Translations under genes and position numbers: made by a program | The notes under the pieces: model-generated | What the model was told of the DNA's origin: nothing | The model's input: only the letters and a program-made list of their open reading frames with translations | The model's database searches: none | In this document: piece by piece, positions 29,565 through 38,183 of the stretch | How positions within the stretch are numbered: position 1 is the first letter of the stretch | How the letters are laid out: each line of letters begins with the position of its first letter | Origin: Spirochaetota bacterium | GTDB lineage: Bacteria; Spirochaetota; UBA4802; JAFGDQ01 | Direction of reading: 5' to 3' | Length of the DNA stretch: 64,000 nt | Assembly: GCA_043803405.1 (NCBI GenBank) | Contig: JAZDKB010000006.1 | Span: forward strand, 64,001-128,000

Positions 29565-29821
29565 TTTTGAACACTCCGTATTTATTTATTTCAATAAAAT
29601 ACAAATTCAAAAATATCGACAATAATGATATCAGTTAGATATACGGAAAAATTGCAGAAAATATTAGCTATTTTAAACGCTTTGTCAAGAAAATTGGGAA
29701 ACTGCTGCAGGTTAATTTGGTTGTGACAGAGGGCGCCGGTGTAATTAATGACTTTTAAACAAAATAACCGGCACCCATACGAATAATGAAATATTATAAT
29801 CCCGGTATAGGTTTTACCATG

Positions 29822-30439
29822 CTATTTGGCTTTAGCAGGTTCAGGCGATGCTGCTTTTGTTTCTTCCTTGGGTCTGGCAGCAGCTTCAGCAGCTTTTTGC
29901 CTGGCTTCTTTCTTTCTCTCAATAGTGTTCATGGCATCAATAACTTCGGAAACCATATCTCTGGCAAGATCATCGTATCTTGGGTTTTTGCCTTCGGCCA
30001 TTCGAATTGTAACCATATGAGTTCCGGTTTCGACGCTTATCATCTTTAATGAAAAAGATTTTATGCAATTGTAGCCTTTAACTTCTTCTGCTGTGCCGCG
30101 TCCCAGAATAATGGCGTCTACTCCGAGCTTTTTCCCAATTGCCGCAGCTTTTCTTTCGTCTATTAAACCTGTCATTGAAAGCTTGTCTTCATCAATCAGT
30201 TTGTCGAGCGCTTCCCTCTCAACTACATCAACTTTTTCGGATTTGACAAACTGATGCGATACAGCGTCGGAGAATTCGGATCCGCATTTTGTGCCTGTTA
30301 TCTGAAAAGGAAAAACAACCACTTTTTCTATCTTTTTCTGTGTGTCGAATTTGTTCGAAACAGCAACATCCAGGCTGGAACATCCGGCAAGGCCTGCAAC
30401 AATAAAGAAAATAGCCGTTAAATTTAATTTGTTTAACAT
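29822..30439 (-). CDS. CsgG/HfaB-like lipoprotein
   Basis: Lipobox LAGC; VVEREALDKLIDEDKLSMTGLID...IGKKLGVDAIILG. Confidence 0.85.
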   Translation of the reverse strand: MLNKLNLTAIFFIVAGLAGCSSLDVAVSNKFDTQKKIEKVVVFPFQITGTKCGSEFSDAVSHQFVKSEKVDVVEREALDKLIDEDKLSMTGLIDERKAAAIGKKLGVDAIILGRGTAEEVKGYNCIKSFSLKMISVETGTHMVTIRMAEGKNPRYDDLARDMVSEVIDAMNTIERKKEARQKAAEAAARPKEETKAASPEPAKAK

Positions 30440-30551
30440 CTGGACTCCCTTAATTTAAGCAATTAATTTTTAAACAATGCAGTTAATAAATTAATTGTGT
30501 TGTAAATTTTAAGTCAAACGTAATTTCAATAATAACTGCAATTTATATATA

Positions 30552-30857
30552 TTATTCGATGACGATTCCATTGCCGGTCTTCATGTGCTCGATCTCTATA
30601 CGTTTAACGAACTCAATTCTGCCACGCGAATCGAGTCGAAATCCATTCTCGTTGCACCACTTGGTAAATGTTTCCGGATCGATATCTGCACGAATAGCGA
30701 TATCGCCGCTATCCTTGATTTCTTTGATTTGTCTTTTAACAAAAGCCTGCCACTCTTTAAATGTGGATGGCATATTTTTGGAATCGATAAAGAGATCAAA
30801 CGCTTTGCGATAAGTAATCTCATCCTTGTACCATGCAATTCCTGTGACATTTTTCAT
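30552..30857 (-). CDS. Hypothetical protein
   Basis: 101-aa ORF with strong AGGAGG Shine-Dalgarno; GIAWY...IDPETF..WC. Confidence 0.75.
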   Translation of the reverse strand: MKNVTGIAWYKDEITYRKAFDLFIDSKNMPSTFKEWQAFVKRQIKEIKDSGDIAIRADIDPETFTKWCNENGFRLDSRGRIEFVKRIEIEHMKTGNGIVIE

Positions 30858-30975
30858 TCCGATACCTCCTTTGGTTTACGATTGTATAAGCAAGCACCCG
30901 GTTTTGGCAAAAGCATATTTTTTTCGGGTATCCGACTTGACGCTATAAGATATTAAATTGATTATAATTATTGTC

Positions 30976-32157
30976 TCATTTTATTGCTAATTTTTTAATT
31001 AAGTTTTTAGGTAAACCATATTTATTTATCATAACTGATATGGTTTTTGCAAGAATATAAGATTCAGACATATAAATGAAACCGCTGTGCTTCTTATCCT
31101 TCGTTCCTCTGGAGTCTTTGGCAATATAATATCCGGTATTATTTTGATCTTTCGCTATTCCAATAATATGCATTATATGATTATCTTCGGAAGCATAATT
31201 ATTAAATAATTCCTGACGGAGTTCCTGGGTCACTTTTTTTTCAGTTTCAGGTGAATTGCAAATACTGTCTTTTTCCGCCTCAGTTCTATCGTACCAGTCT
31301 TTTAACGGAAGAATGGCAATCCCTTTCTTTAAGTTAAAACTTTTTTCACTGGTATCACCTTCCCAGCAGACTGAATATCCGTTTTCTATCGCGTAATTAA
31401 TTACCAGGATAAAATCATTTATTGGCAGATTATAAAATTTACCTAATGACCAGTTATCAGGTATTTCCAGTATGAACCTGGAGTAAAACGGATGGTGCGT
31501 ATAGGAAGTTATTTCTATATAATCGTCCGGATCAATGGCACATTCCTTAAGAAATATTTTAGGCGTGTAGGTCTTTCCGTTATAGATAAAATTTTCCGGA
31601 TGTTTTCCGAGATACGCATCTAAAATCGAGTCAATTGCATTCGGCCATACATTACTTATTTTACCGTTATCATTTTTTACAATCCCGTCAATTGCTCCTC
31701 TTAACACCGCATCCATTTCTATGTGATTGAGTCTTTTATCTTTGAGATATCTGCCTTTATATATTTCCTCAGGCACAATGCCAAACTCTCTGATGACATT
31801 AATCACATCATGGGCGAGGCTGCCGGGTCCAAAAACTGTTTCCCCGTGCATCCTGACATAATTCCTGGTTTTTGATGGATAAGTATATCTTACGATAAAC
31901 ATTTCCGATAAATCGATATCGCCTTTTCCATATCTGATAAGTTCTGTTTCTATAAATGAAATTGTACCAAAGCTCCAGCATGTGGCTGTAAACCCCTGAT
32001 CTTTAACGGATGTGGTTCTAATATTTTTTATAATAGTAAATTCAAAACCGCTTTTGCTTTTTTCTTTTTCGCCCGGAGCGCCGAATACAGATGAATTTAT
32101 TGACAGTAAAATAAAAATAACAGGATATATTATGGAATAATTATTTTTTTTATTCAT
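30976..32157 (-). CDS. Secreted C1-family cysteine aminopeptidase (PepC-like)
   Basis: DQGFTATCWSF catalytic Cys; NHIMHIIG His; KDSRG in place of KNSWG; start moved downstream of the 32188-32206 hairpin. Confidence 0.85.
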   Translation of the reverse strand: MNKKNNYSIIYPVIFILLSINSSVFGAPGEKEKSKSGFEFTIIKNIRTTSVKDQGFTATCWSFGTISFIETELIRYGKGDIDLSEMFIVRYTYPSKTRNYVRMHGETVFGPGSLAHDVINVIREFGIVPEEIYKGRYLKDKRLNHIEMDAVLRGAIDGIVKNDNGKISNVWPNAIDSILDAYLGKHPENFIYNGKTYTPKIFLKECAIDPDDYIEITSYTHHPFYSRFILEIPDNWSLGKFYNLPINDFILVINYAIENGYSVCWEGDTSEKSFNLKKGIAILPLKDWYDRTEAEKDSICNSPETEKKVTQELRQELFNNYASEDNHIMHIIGIAKDQNNTGYYIAKDSRGTKDKKHSGFIYMSESYILAKTISVMINKYGLPKNLIKKLAIK

Positions 32158-32224
32158 AAAATTTCTCTTATTATTTGCCATTATACACCGGGGGTTTGCC
32201 CCGGGGAATTTTATTCTCACAAGA

Positions 32225-32539
32225 CTATCCGTACGAACAGCAATAATCCGCTATACCCTTAAGTATCAGTTTGAAGGAGGAGTTGGAAGATACTTCAAAG
32301 GATTGACCGGTTTTAAAGGTTTGCCAGTCTTTTTGATTCGGCAGGAGCACATCCATTTCACCGTTCAGCATTTCCATCACCTCGCGGGATCCGGTGCTGA
32401 ATTCGTATTCGCCGGGCATCATGAAACCGAGTGTTTTACGTGTACCATCTGCGAAAAGGACTGTGCGGCTGGTGACTTTCCCGTCGAAATATACGTTGGC
32501 TTTCTTAACAATAGTAACATTTTCAAATTTATCCGACAT
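32225..32539 (-). CDS. ppnP: Pyrimidine/purine nucleoside phosphorylase
   Basis: [14 protein letters not shown]...[13 protein letters not shown]...DYCCSY. Confidence 0.93.
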   Translation of the reverse strand: MSDKFENVTIVKKANVYFDGKVTSRTVLFADGTRKTLGFMMPGEYEFSTGSREVMEMLNGEMDVLLPNQKDWQTFKTGQSFEVSSNSSFKLILKGIADYCCSYG

Positions 32540-32591
32540 ATTGTATTTCTCCTTTAAGGTTATTATTGCTTTTTATTGAATTTAGTTCGAC

Positions 32592-32640
32592 GCCTTGAAA
32601 CATAATACCTTTGCTTTCGCGTCGGCTGACGCCGGAGGCT
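32592..32640 (+). repeat. GTCGGCCGAC-core dispersed repeat, copy 2 (3'-truncated)
   Basis: gccttgaaacataatacctttgctttcgcgtcggctgacgccgg. Confidence 0.8.
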
Positions 32641-32726
32641 TTAAACGCATAAGCGCAGAAAGTAGTATGACATAGAATCCAAAATAAATGCAATTCGTTT
32701 TTAAAAAGAAAGCGGAAAAAAATATT

Positions 32727-32755
32727 TTGACTCTTACATTTGTTAATGATAAAAT
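32727..32755 (+). promoter_or_regulatory. Sigma70 promoter of the USP gene
   Basis: TTGACT-17 nt-TAAAAT with TG extended -10. Confidence 0.55.
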
Positions 32756-32815
32756 CACTATAGTCACATGAGATTTTTACCGCTCTCATATAAAAAAAAT
32801 AAAAGGGGGCTGTAT

Positions 32816-33262
32816 ATGTTTAATCCAAAAAATATTTTAGTACCTACAGATTTTTCATCCAATTCGGAAAAAGCATTTCAGGTTGCTATTGATATTGCGA
32901 AACAAGCCAAAGCGTCTATAACACTGCTGCACGTGATTAATGTATTCCAGCAATACGCAACAGATTATTATTTTGACATTGAAGCCCTGAAAAAGTTGGA
33001 AAATGGCGCAACTACTGTATCCAAAGATATACTGAAGAAAATGATTGATAAATTTCCGGAAACGAAAAATATAACAGTTAAGTTCGACGTTAAAAACGGA
33101 GATCCCTATCAGGAAATATTAAACGAACAGGATTCCAAAAAAATAGATCTGATCGTCATTGCTTCACATACAGGCAACACATTTTTGCATCATTTACTGG
33201 GAAGCATGACGGAAAAAATTACGCGGTTAGCCAAGTGTTCGGTACTGGTTGTAAAAAATTAA
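32816..33262 (+). CDS. Universal stress protein (UspA family)
   Basis: KNILVPTDFS...GDPYQEI...DLIVIASH...LLGSMTEKI...VLVVK. Confidence 0.92.
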   Translation: MFNPKNILVPTDFSSNSEKAFQVAIDIAKQAKASITLLHVINVFQQYATDYYFDIEALKKLENGATTVSKDILKKMIDKFPETKNITVKFDVKNGDPYQEILNEQDSKKIDLIVIASHTGNTFLHHLLGSMTEKITRLAKCSVLVVKN

Positions 33263-33285
33263 TATTTTTTCAGGTTTATTCCAAG

Positions 33286-33355
33286 GCCTTGAAATATAAT
33301 ACCTTCGTTTTCGTGTCGGCCGACACCGGTGGCGGCTGGTATGTCAGTACCAGGG
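33286..33355 (+). repeat. GTCGGCCGAC-core dispersed repeat, copy 3
   Basis: gccttgaaatataataccttcgttttcgtgtcggccgacaccggtggcggctggtatgtcagtac. Confidence 0.85.
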
Positions 33356-33370
33356 GCTTACCCCCAATGT

Positions 33371-33622
33371 CAGCATCTCCGAGGCTCTCTGGAGAATCCC
33401 GGAGACTCTCAGAAGCGACATGGAGATGGTCCCGAGCGCCTCGGAGATGCTACGGAGTGGCACTGAGTCACTGTGGAGAAGCAAAATCCCACTTTTGAGT
33501 GGCACCGAGTCACTCCGGGATGGCAAAATCTCACTTTTAAGAGGCATGGAGTCACTCTGGAATGACAAAATCCCAATTCGGAGTGACTCCATGCCTCTTT
33601 TTAGCAATAAAATCATTTTTTA
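33371..33622. repeat. Degenerate tandem array of 12 x 21 nt, partly with 42-nt A/B alternation, containing long inverted repeats
   Basis: Units such as gagtggcactgagtcactgtg / gagaagcaaaatcccactttt / gagtggcaccgagtcactccg / ggatggcaaaatctcactttt. Confidence 0.85.
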
Positions 33623-33629
33623 GAGGATT

Positions 33630-34100
33630 TTATGAGGTTTTATCTCCTTTTTTCTTTGATTTCTTGAAAAAAGGTGCCATTTCTTCAGCAACTGCGTTTA
33701 AACCTGCAACTTTACTCTGATTTTTCTTAACAGCATCGTAAACCTCAAGAGCGCCTATTAGTGTATCGCTTGAAGCAGCAGTCAAAGTATTGTTTAACCC
33801 TTTTGCAAGCTCGTTGACCTGGCCGCAGATAAGCGAAAGGTCTTTATAAATGAGATAATCCTTTTTAAACTCATCAATATCGAACACCCTGGACATAATT
33901 TCCGGATGGCTGTTTGCTGTGTTGAATGCCAGTTCAACAAAAGGCGCATAATTGTTGCCCGGTTTAAAAAGAGATGTTATTTCTTCTGCCTTAAGTGTAA
34001 GAAGAAAATTGAGCGAGGTTTGAATACTCAGAATCTTTGCCATGACATCCTGCTTTGTCTCCGGCGTAATTGAAGCTGAAACCAGATTTTGTGTGGACAT
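33630..34100 (-). CDS. Hypothetical helical protein (156 aa) with basic C-terminal tail
   Basis: AGGAGA Shine-Dalgarno before the ATG at 34100 (MSTQNLVSAS...FFKKSKKK). Confidence 0.8.
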   Translation of the reverse strand: MSTQNLVSASITPETKQDVMAKILSIQTSLNFLLTLKAEEITSLFKPGNNYAPFVELAFNTANSHPEIMSRVFDIDEFKKDYLIYKDLSLICGQVNELAKGLNNTLTAASSDTLIGALEVYDAVKKNQSKVAGLNAVAEEMAPFFKKSKKKGDKTS

Positions 34101-34451
34101 AATAATGTCTCCTGTGAAATTAATTTTCGATTTTGCGGGCAATGGCATAGCATGGAGACGTAAGATAATCTAAAGTTGGAACGAAACAAAATTTGCAAAA
34201 TCAGCCAGCCTAACAGGTAATGCGCGCAGTATGCAAGCAATTAATTAAAAATTTTTCCGGTAAAGTCAAAATAGTTTAATTATTATACTATTTATTATTA
34301 CAAGGCACTGAAACAAAATACATTTAGTGCAGCACCATGTGCATGATATTATATTGACAGGTTTGCCTGATACGCGGAAAGACAATTTGAAGCATTGAAA
34401 ATCATTATAAAAATAGTTGACTGATGCTGGCGTATACACTATCACTACTTT

Positions 34452-34892
34452 ATGATAGTTGTGATCGATACAAATGTTCTTTATCAGGCGCTCCGCAGTA
34501 AAAAAGGGGCTTCCTATTATATTTTAAAGCTCATAAGAAATCAAAAAATAACTATTGCATTATCTTTGCCAGTATTTAAAGAATATGAGGATGTACTTAA
34601 ACGGCCGGATAAACTGTCCGATTTAAAATTGAATTCATCCGATGTTGATAAAATTCTTCGCTTTCTTGCATACATCGGAAAACCGACAACAATTTATTAT
34701 CTATTCAGGCCGAACTTAAAAGATGAGAAAGATAATATATTCATCGAATTAGCTGTTGCAAGTAATTCCGAATATATAATAACAAGCAATAAGAGAGATT
34801 TTATTCATTCAAATGAACTTAAGTTCGATGATATCAAAATTATAACACCTGCGGAATTTGTTGAGTTATGGAGGAAAGAAAATGAAAGCTAA
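34452..34892 (+). CDS. PIN-domain toxin
   Basis: VVIDTNVLYQAL...RPNLKDEKDNIFIELAV...IITSNKRDF. Confidence 0.9.
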   Translation: MIVVIDTNVLYQALRSKKGASYYILKLIRNQKITIALSLPVFKEYEDVLKRPDKLSDLKLNSSDVDKILRFLAYIGKPTTIYYLFRPNLKDEKDNIFIELAVASNSEYIITSNKRDFIHSNELKFDDIKIITPAEFVELWRKENES

Positions 34893-35145
34893 GGCAAGTG
34901 TTCTCACTATACGTATTCCAAATGAATTGAAGCATAGGATAGAAAAAATTGCCGACCAGCAGGGCATATCGATTAATCAGCTTGCTTTGTATGCCTTTAC
35001 CAAAGAAATTCAGGAAATGGAAACATTCAAAAGTTTTTCAAAATACTGGAAGAATAAATCAAAAAAGGAATTGTTTAATGATTTTGATTCCGTAATGCTG
35101 AAAGCTGGAAACGGTCCGGTTCCTGATTGGGATAAATTAAAATAG
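34882..35145 (+). CDS. Ribbon-helix-helix (HicB-like) antitoxin
   Basis: LTIRIPNELKHRIEKIADQQGISINQL; GGAGG Shine-Dalgarno; overlaps the PIN gene. Confidence 0.82.
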   Translation: MKAKASVLTIRIPNELKHRIEKIADQQGISINQLALYAFTKEIQEMETFKSFSKYWKNKSKKELFNDFDSVMLKAGNGPVPDWDKLK

Positions 35146-35160
35146 GAAAGAATAATATAT

Positions 35161-36045
35161 ATGATATGGCTTATAGGTAGCAAAGGGATGCTCGGCACGG
35201 ATGTTGAGCTTAAACTGAAGGCAAACGGCCTTGAGTACACGGCGTCGGATATGGACGTTGATATTACGGATATTGAAGCGCTAAGGAATTTTGCCAAGGA
35301 TAAAGAGATCGGCTGGATAATAAACTGCTCTGCGTACACTGCGGTTGATAAAGCCGAGGATGAAGAAGCCAGGGCCTTTAAGATAAACGCTGACGGCGTG
35401 GGGAACATAGCGCAGGTTGCAAAGGAAAAGAAAGCAAAGCTGGTGCATCTTTCCACTGACTATGTTTACGACGGGAAAAAGTACGAAGCATATTTAGAAA
35501 GCGACCCCACAGGCCCCATTGGCGTTTACGGCAAAAGCAAACTGAAGGGCGAGGAAAAAGTGCTCGCCACAGTGCAGGAATATTTTATATTCCGCATCTC
35601 GTGGCTTTACGGCCATCACGGCGCAAATTTTGTTCACACAATGCTCCGGCTGTTTGCGGAGCGCGACGAAGTCCGCGTGGTAAGGGATCAGTGGGGGAGC
35701 CCCACGTTCGCAAAGGACGTTGCTGATCTTATAATAAAAGTAATTAAGGATAATTCCTCCGAATACGGCATATATCACTTTACCAACAGCGGCAGGACAA
35801 ACTGGTACCAATTCACGCTGGAGATTTTTAACCAGGCAAAAGAAAGAGGCTTGCTTAAAAAGGAAGTAAATATAATACCTATAACAACAGCGGGATATCC
35901 TACAAAGGCCAGGCGCCCTGAGTATTCCTACATGTCAAAGGATAAAGTAAAAAAGACATTCGGAGTAACGCTCAGGCCGTGGCAGGAATCGCTGCAGGAA
36001 TTTATTAAAATAAAAGCGAAAAACAATATTTTTAATTTAAATTAA
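35161..36045 (+). CDS. rmlD: dTDP-4-dehydrorhamnose reductase
   Basis: GSKGMLG, SAYTAVDKAE, STDYVYDG, YGKSK, DQWGSPT motifs. Confidence 0.95.
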   Translation: MIWLIGSKGMLGTDVELKLKANGLEYTASDMDVDITDIEALRNFAKDKEIGWIINCSAYTAVDKAEDEEARAFKINADGVGNIAQVAKEKKAKLVHLSTDYVYDGKKYEAYLESDPTGPIGVYGKSKLKGEEKVLATVQEYFIFRISWLYGHHGANFVHTMLRLFAERDEVRVVRDQWGSPTFAKDVADLIIKVIKDNSSEYGIYHFTNSGRTNWYQFTLEIFNQAKERGLLKKEVNIIPITTAGYPTKARRPEYSYMSKDKVKKTFGVTLRPWQESLQEFIKIKAKNNIFNLN

Positions 36046-36120
36046 TTTTTACATAACGGAACTCATCTTAAAAATTTGACATTGCGAACACTATAGCAGT
36101 TTACGAAAGGATCAGTACTG

Positions 36121-36149
36121 TGTCATTTCGAACGAATGTGAGAAATCTC
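36121..36149 (+). repeat. REP-like half element TGTCATTTCGAACGAATGTGAGAAATCTC
   Basis: Matches the reverse complement of 2612-2639. Confidence 0.55.
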
Positions 36150-36178
36150 TTGATTAATTATTTTAAGGAAACACAAAA

Positions 36179-37249
36179 ATGAGAAAACTGAAAAACATAC
36201 TGGTTACAGGCGGGGCAGGCTTTATAGGGTCAAACTTTATCCATTATCTTTTTAATGATACTGGTTTTGACGGCCGCATAATTAACGCGGACAAGCTGAC
36301 TTATGCAGGCAACCTTGAGAACCTGACCGAGATAGCACAATCTTACGGCAATTCGCGGTATCACTTTGAAAGAGCGGACATTTGCGATTACAGCGCAATG
36401 GAAGCCCTGTTTAAAAAATACGAGATCGATACGGTTGTACACTTTGCGGCAGAATCGCACGTGGACAGATCGATTCACGGGCCAAAGGACTTCATAGAGA
36501 CTAACATAAACGGCACATTCTGCCTGCTCGAGAACGCGCGCGCGTACTGGGGCAGCAGGGAAGATGTGCTGTTCCACCATATCAGCACAGACGAGGTTTT
36601 CGGCTCTCTTGGGGATACAGGCTTTTTTTACGAGCATACGCCCTACGATCCGCGCAGCCCGTACTCATCATCAAAGGCGTCCTCAGATCACCTGGTTCGC
36701 GCGTATTATCATACGTACGGCCTGCCCATTACGCTTTCCAACTGCTCGAATAATTACGGGCCGTACCAGTTCCCTGAGAAGCTCATTCCTGTAATGATAC
36801 TCAATATAAAAGAAGAAAAACCGCTGCCGGTTTACGGGGACGGCAAAAACATTCGGGACTGGCTTTTCGTGAACGATCACAACAGCGCGGCGTGGGCAAT
36901 CATGAACAAGGGGAAAACAGGCGAGACCTACAACATAGGCGGCGAAAACGAATGGGAGAACATTAAACTGGTAAACGTTCTTTGCGAAAAGATGGCCGGT
37001 TTCCTTAGAAAAGAGAAAAATTACTATAAAAAGCTTATAACCTATGTAAAAGACAGGCCGGGACACGACAGAAGGTACGCAATAAACTGCGATAAACTTA
37101 AAAAAGAACTCGGCTGGAAGCAGAGCGTCGATTTTGACGCAGGACTCGACAGGACAATCGTATGGTATCTGGAAAATCATAAATGGATAGATAATGTCAG
37201 GAGCGGGGAATACAAGAAGTGGATGGAGAAGAATTATTCTAAAAGGTAA
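36179..37249 (+). CDS. rmlB: dTDP-glucose 4,6-dehydratase
   Basis: [42 protein letters not shown] motifs. Confidence 0.97.
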   Translation: MRKLKNILVTGGAGFIGSNFIHYLFNDTGFDGRIINADKLTYAGNLENLTEIAQSYGNSRYHFERADICDYSAMEALFKKYEIDTVVHFAAESHVDRSIHGPKDFIETNINGTFCLLENARAYWGSREDVLFHHISTDEVFGSLGDTGFFYEHTPYDPRSPYSSSKASSDHLVRAYYHTYGLPITLSNCSNNYGPYQFPEKLIPVMILNIKEEKPLPVYGDGKNIRDWLFVNDHNSAAWAIMNKGKTGETYNIGGENEWENIKLVNVLCEKMAGFLRKEKNYYKKLITYVKDRPGHDRRYAINCDKLKKELGWKQSVDFDAGLDRTIVWYLENHKWIDNVRSGEYKKWMEKNYSKR

Positions 37250-37359
37250 AGAGAGTACCCGGATTAAGAGTGAGTATAAAATTCCAGCAAAATAAATTGA
37301 GATTGTTACTGAAATAATATTGGAAAATACTTATATATAGAATGAAGGTAACGTGTAAT

Positions 37360-37636
37360 GCCCTCACCCCTATCCCTCTCCCTGTATTTTATTTTTCAGT
37401 AAATAATGCAGGTAATCAGGGAGAGGGGAACCAGAAAAACAGATTTGATATATAATATAAAAAAATATCCGAAAACTAATCTACGGAGCGGATTAAGAAT
37501 AAGATAAACAGGAAAACATTACATCAGAAGCTTTTTTTATAAAAAAATAGAAAGTTAATGTTTTCCCCTCTCCAAGCGTAACAAATTTTTTAAAGCAATA
37601 AATATTGAGCCGGGAGAGGGGGATAGGGGTGAGGGC
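37360..37636. repeat. 277-bp MITE-like element with CCCTCACCCC/CCCTCTCCC terminal inverted repeats
   Basis: gccctcacccctatccctctccc ... gggagagggggataggggtgagggc, with nested inner IRs and an AT-rich interior. Confidence 0.8.
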
Positions 37637-37802
37637 TATCATTCACTTATCAAAGAAAAATATACTGATATTAAAAAAATATTTGACGTAAAATAATTGT
37701 TTCGTGATATTCTACAAACAGATTCTCCATGCCGCTGATTGTAGTGTGGGAGAAAAATTGACTTGAAATATATCGGTCAGTTAAATATTGTGTAAAACAT
37801 TA

Positions 37803-37884
37803 GCGAGCGTGGCGGAATTGGCAGACGCGCCAGACTTAGGATCTGGTGCCGAGAGGCGTGGGGGTTCAAGTCCCTCCGCTCGCA
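37803..37884 (+). tRNA. tRNA-Leu(TAG)
   Basis: GCGAGCG acceptor stem, anticodon loop CTTAGGA, long variable arm. Confidence 0.95.
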
Positions 37885-37890
37885 AAACAG

Positions 37891-37962
<72 letters not shown>

Positions 37963-37965
37963 CAT

Positions 37966-37995
37966 AGCCGCGTTCCTTATAACGCGGCTTTTTTA
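37966..37995 (+). terminator. Intrinsic terminator of the tRNA pair
   Basis: agccgcgtt/aacgcggct stem followed by a T-run. Confidence 0.85.
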
Positions 37996-38183
37996 TTAAA
38001 TAAATCACGCTGCGTTCTTTAAAACGGCTAATAAAAAAATATTGTTTGACGCATTTTTCTATTAGTAATTTATTGGTTAAAAAATATATTTTTATTATAA
38101 ATTCACGCATTTCCCTGATGCATCTGAGTAGTTATAATAAATTTAATCCTTAAATCTTAACAATCAATACAGGAGAAATTAAA

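Noticed and set aside
32188..32206. c-di-GMP-I riboswitch (GGCAAACC on the minus strand)
   Set aside because: No GAAA tetraloop/GCAAA second stem; better read as a simple hairpin after ppnP, which also argues against the longer peptidase start at 32220.
33371..33622. CRISPR array
   Set aside because: No constant repeat with unique spacers; the units are contiguous degenerate 21-mers and no cas genes are present.
34200..34240. Integron attC core (GTTAGGC on the minus strand upstream of the 156-aa gene)
   Set aside because: No matching inverse core or attC hairpin was found; a single 7-mer is expected by chance.
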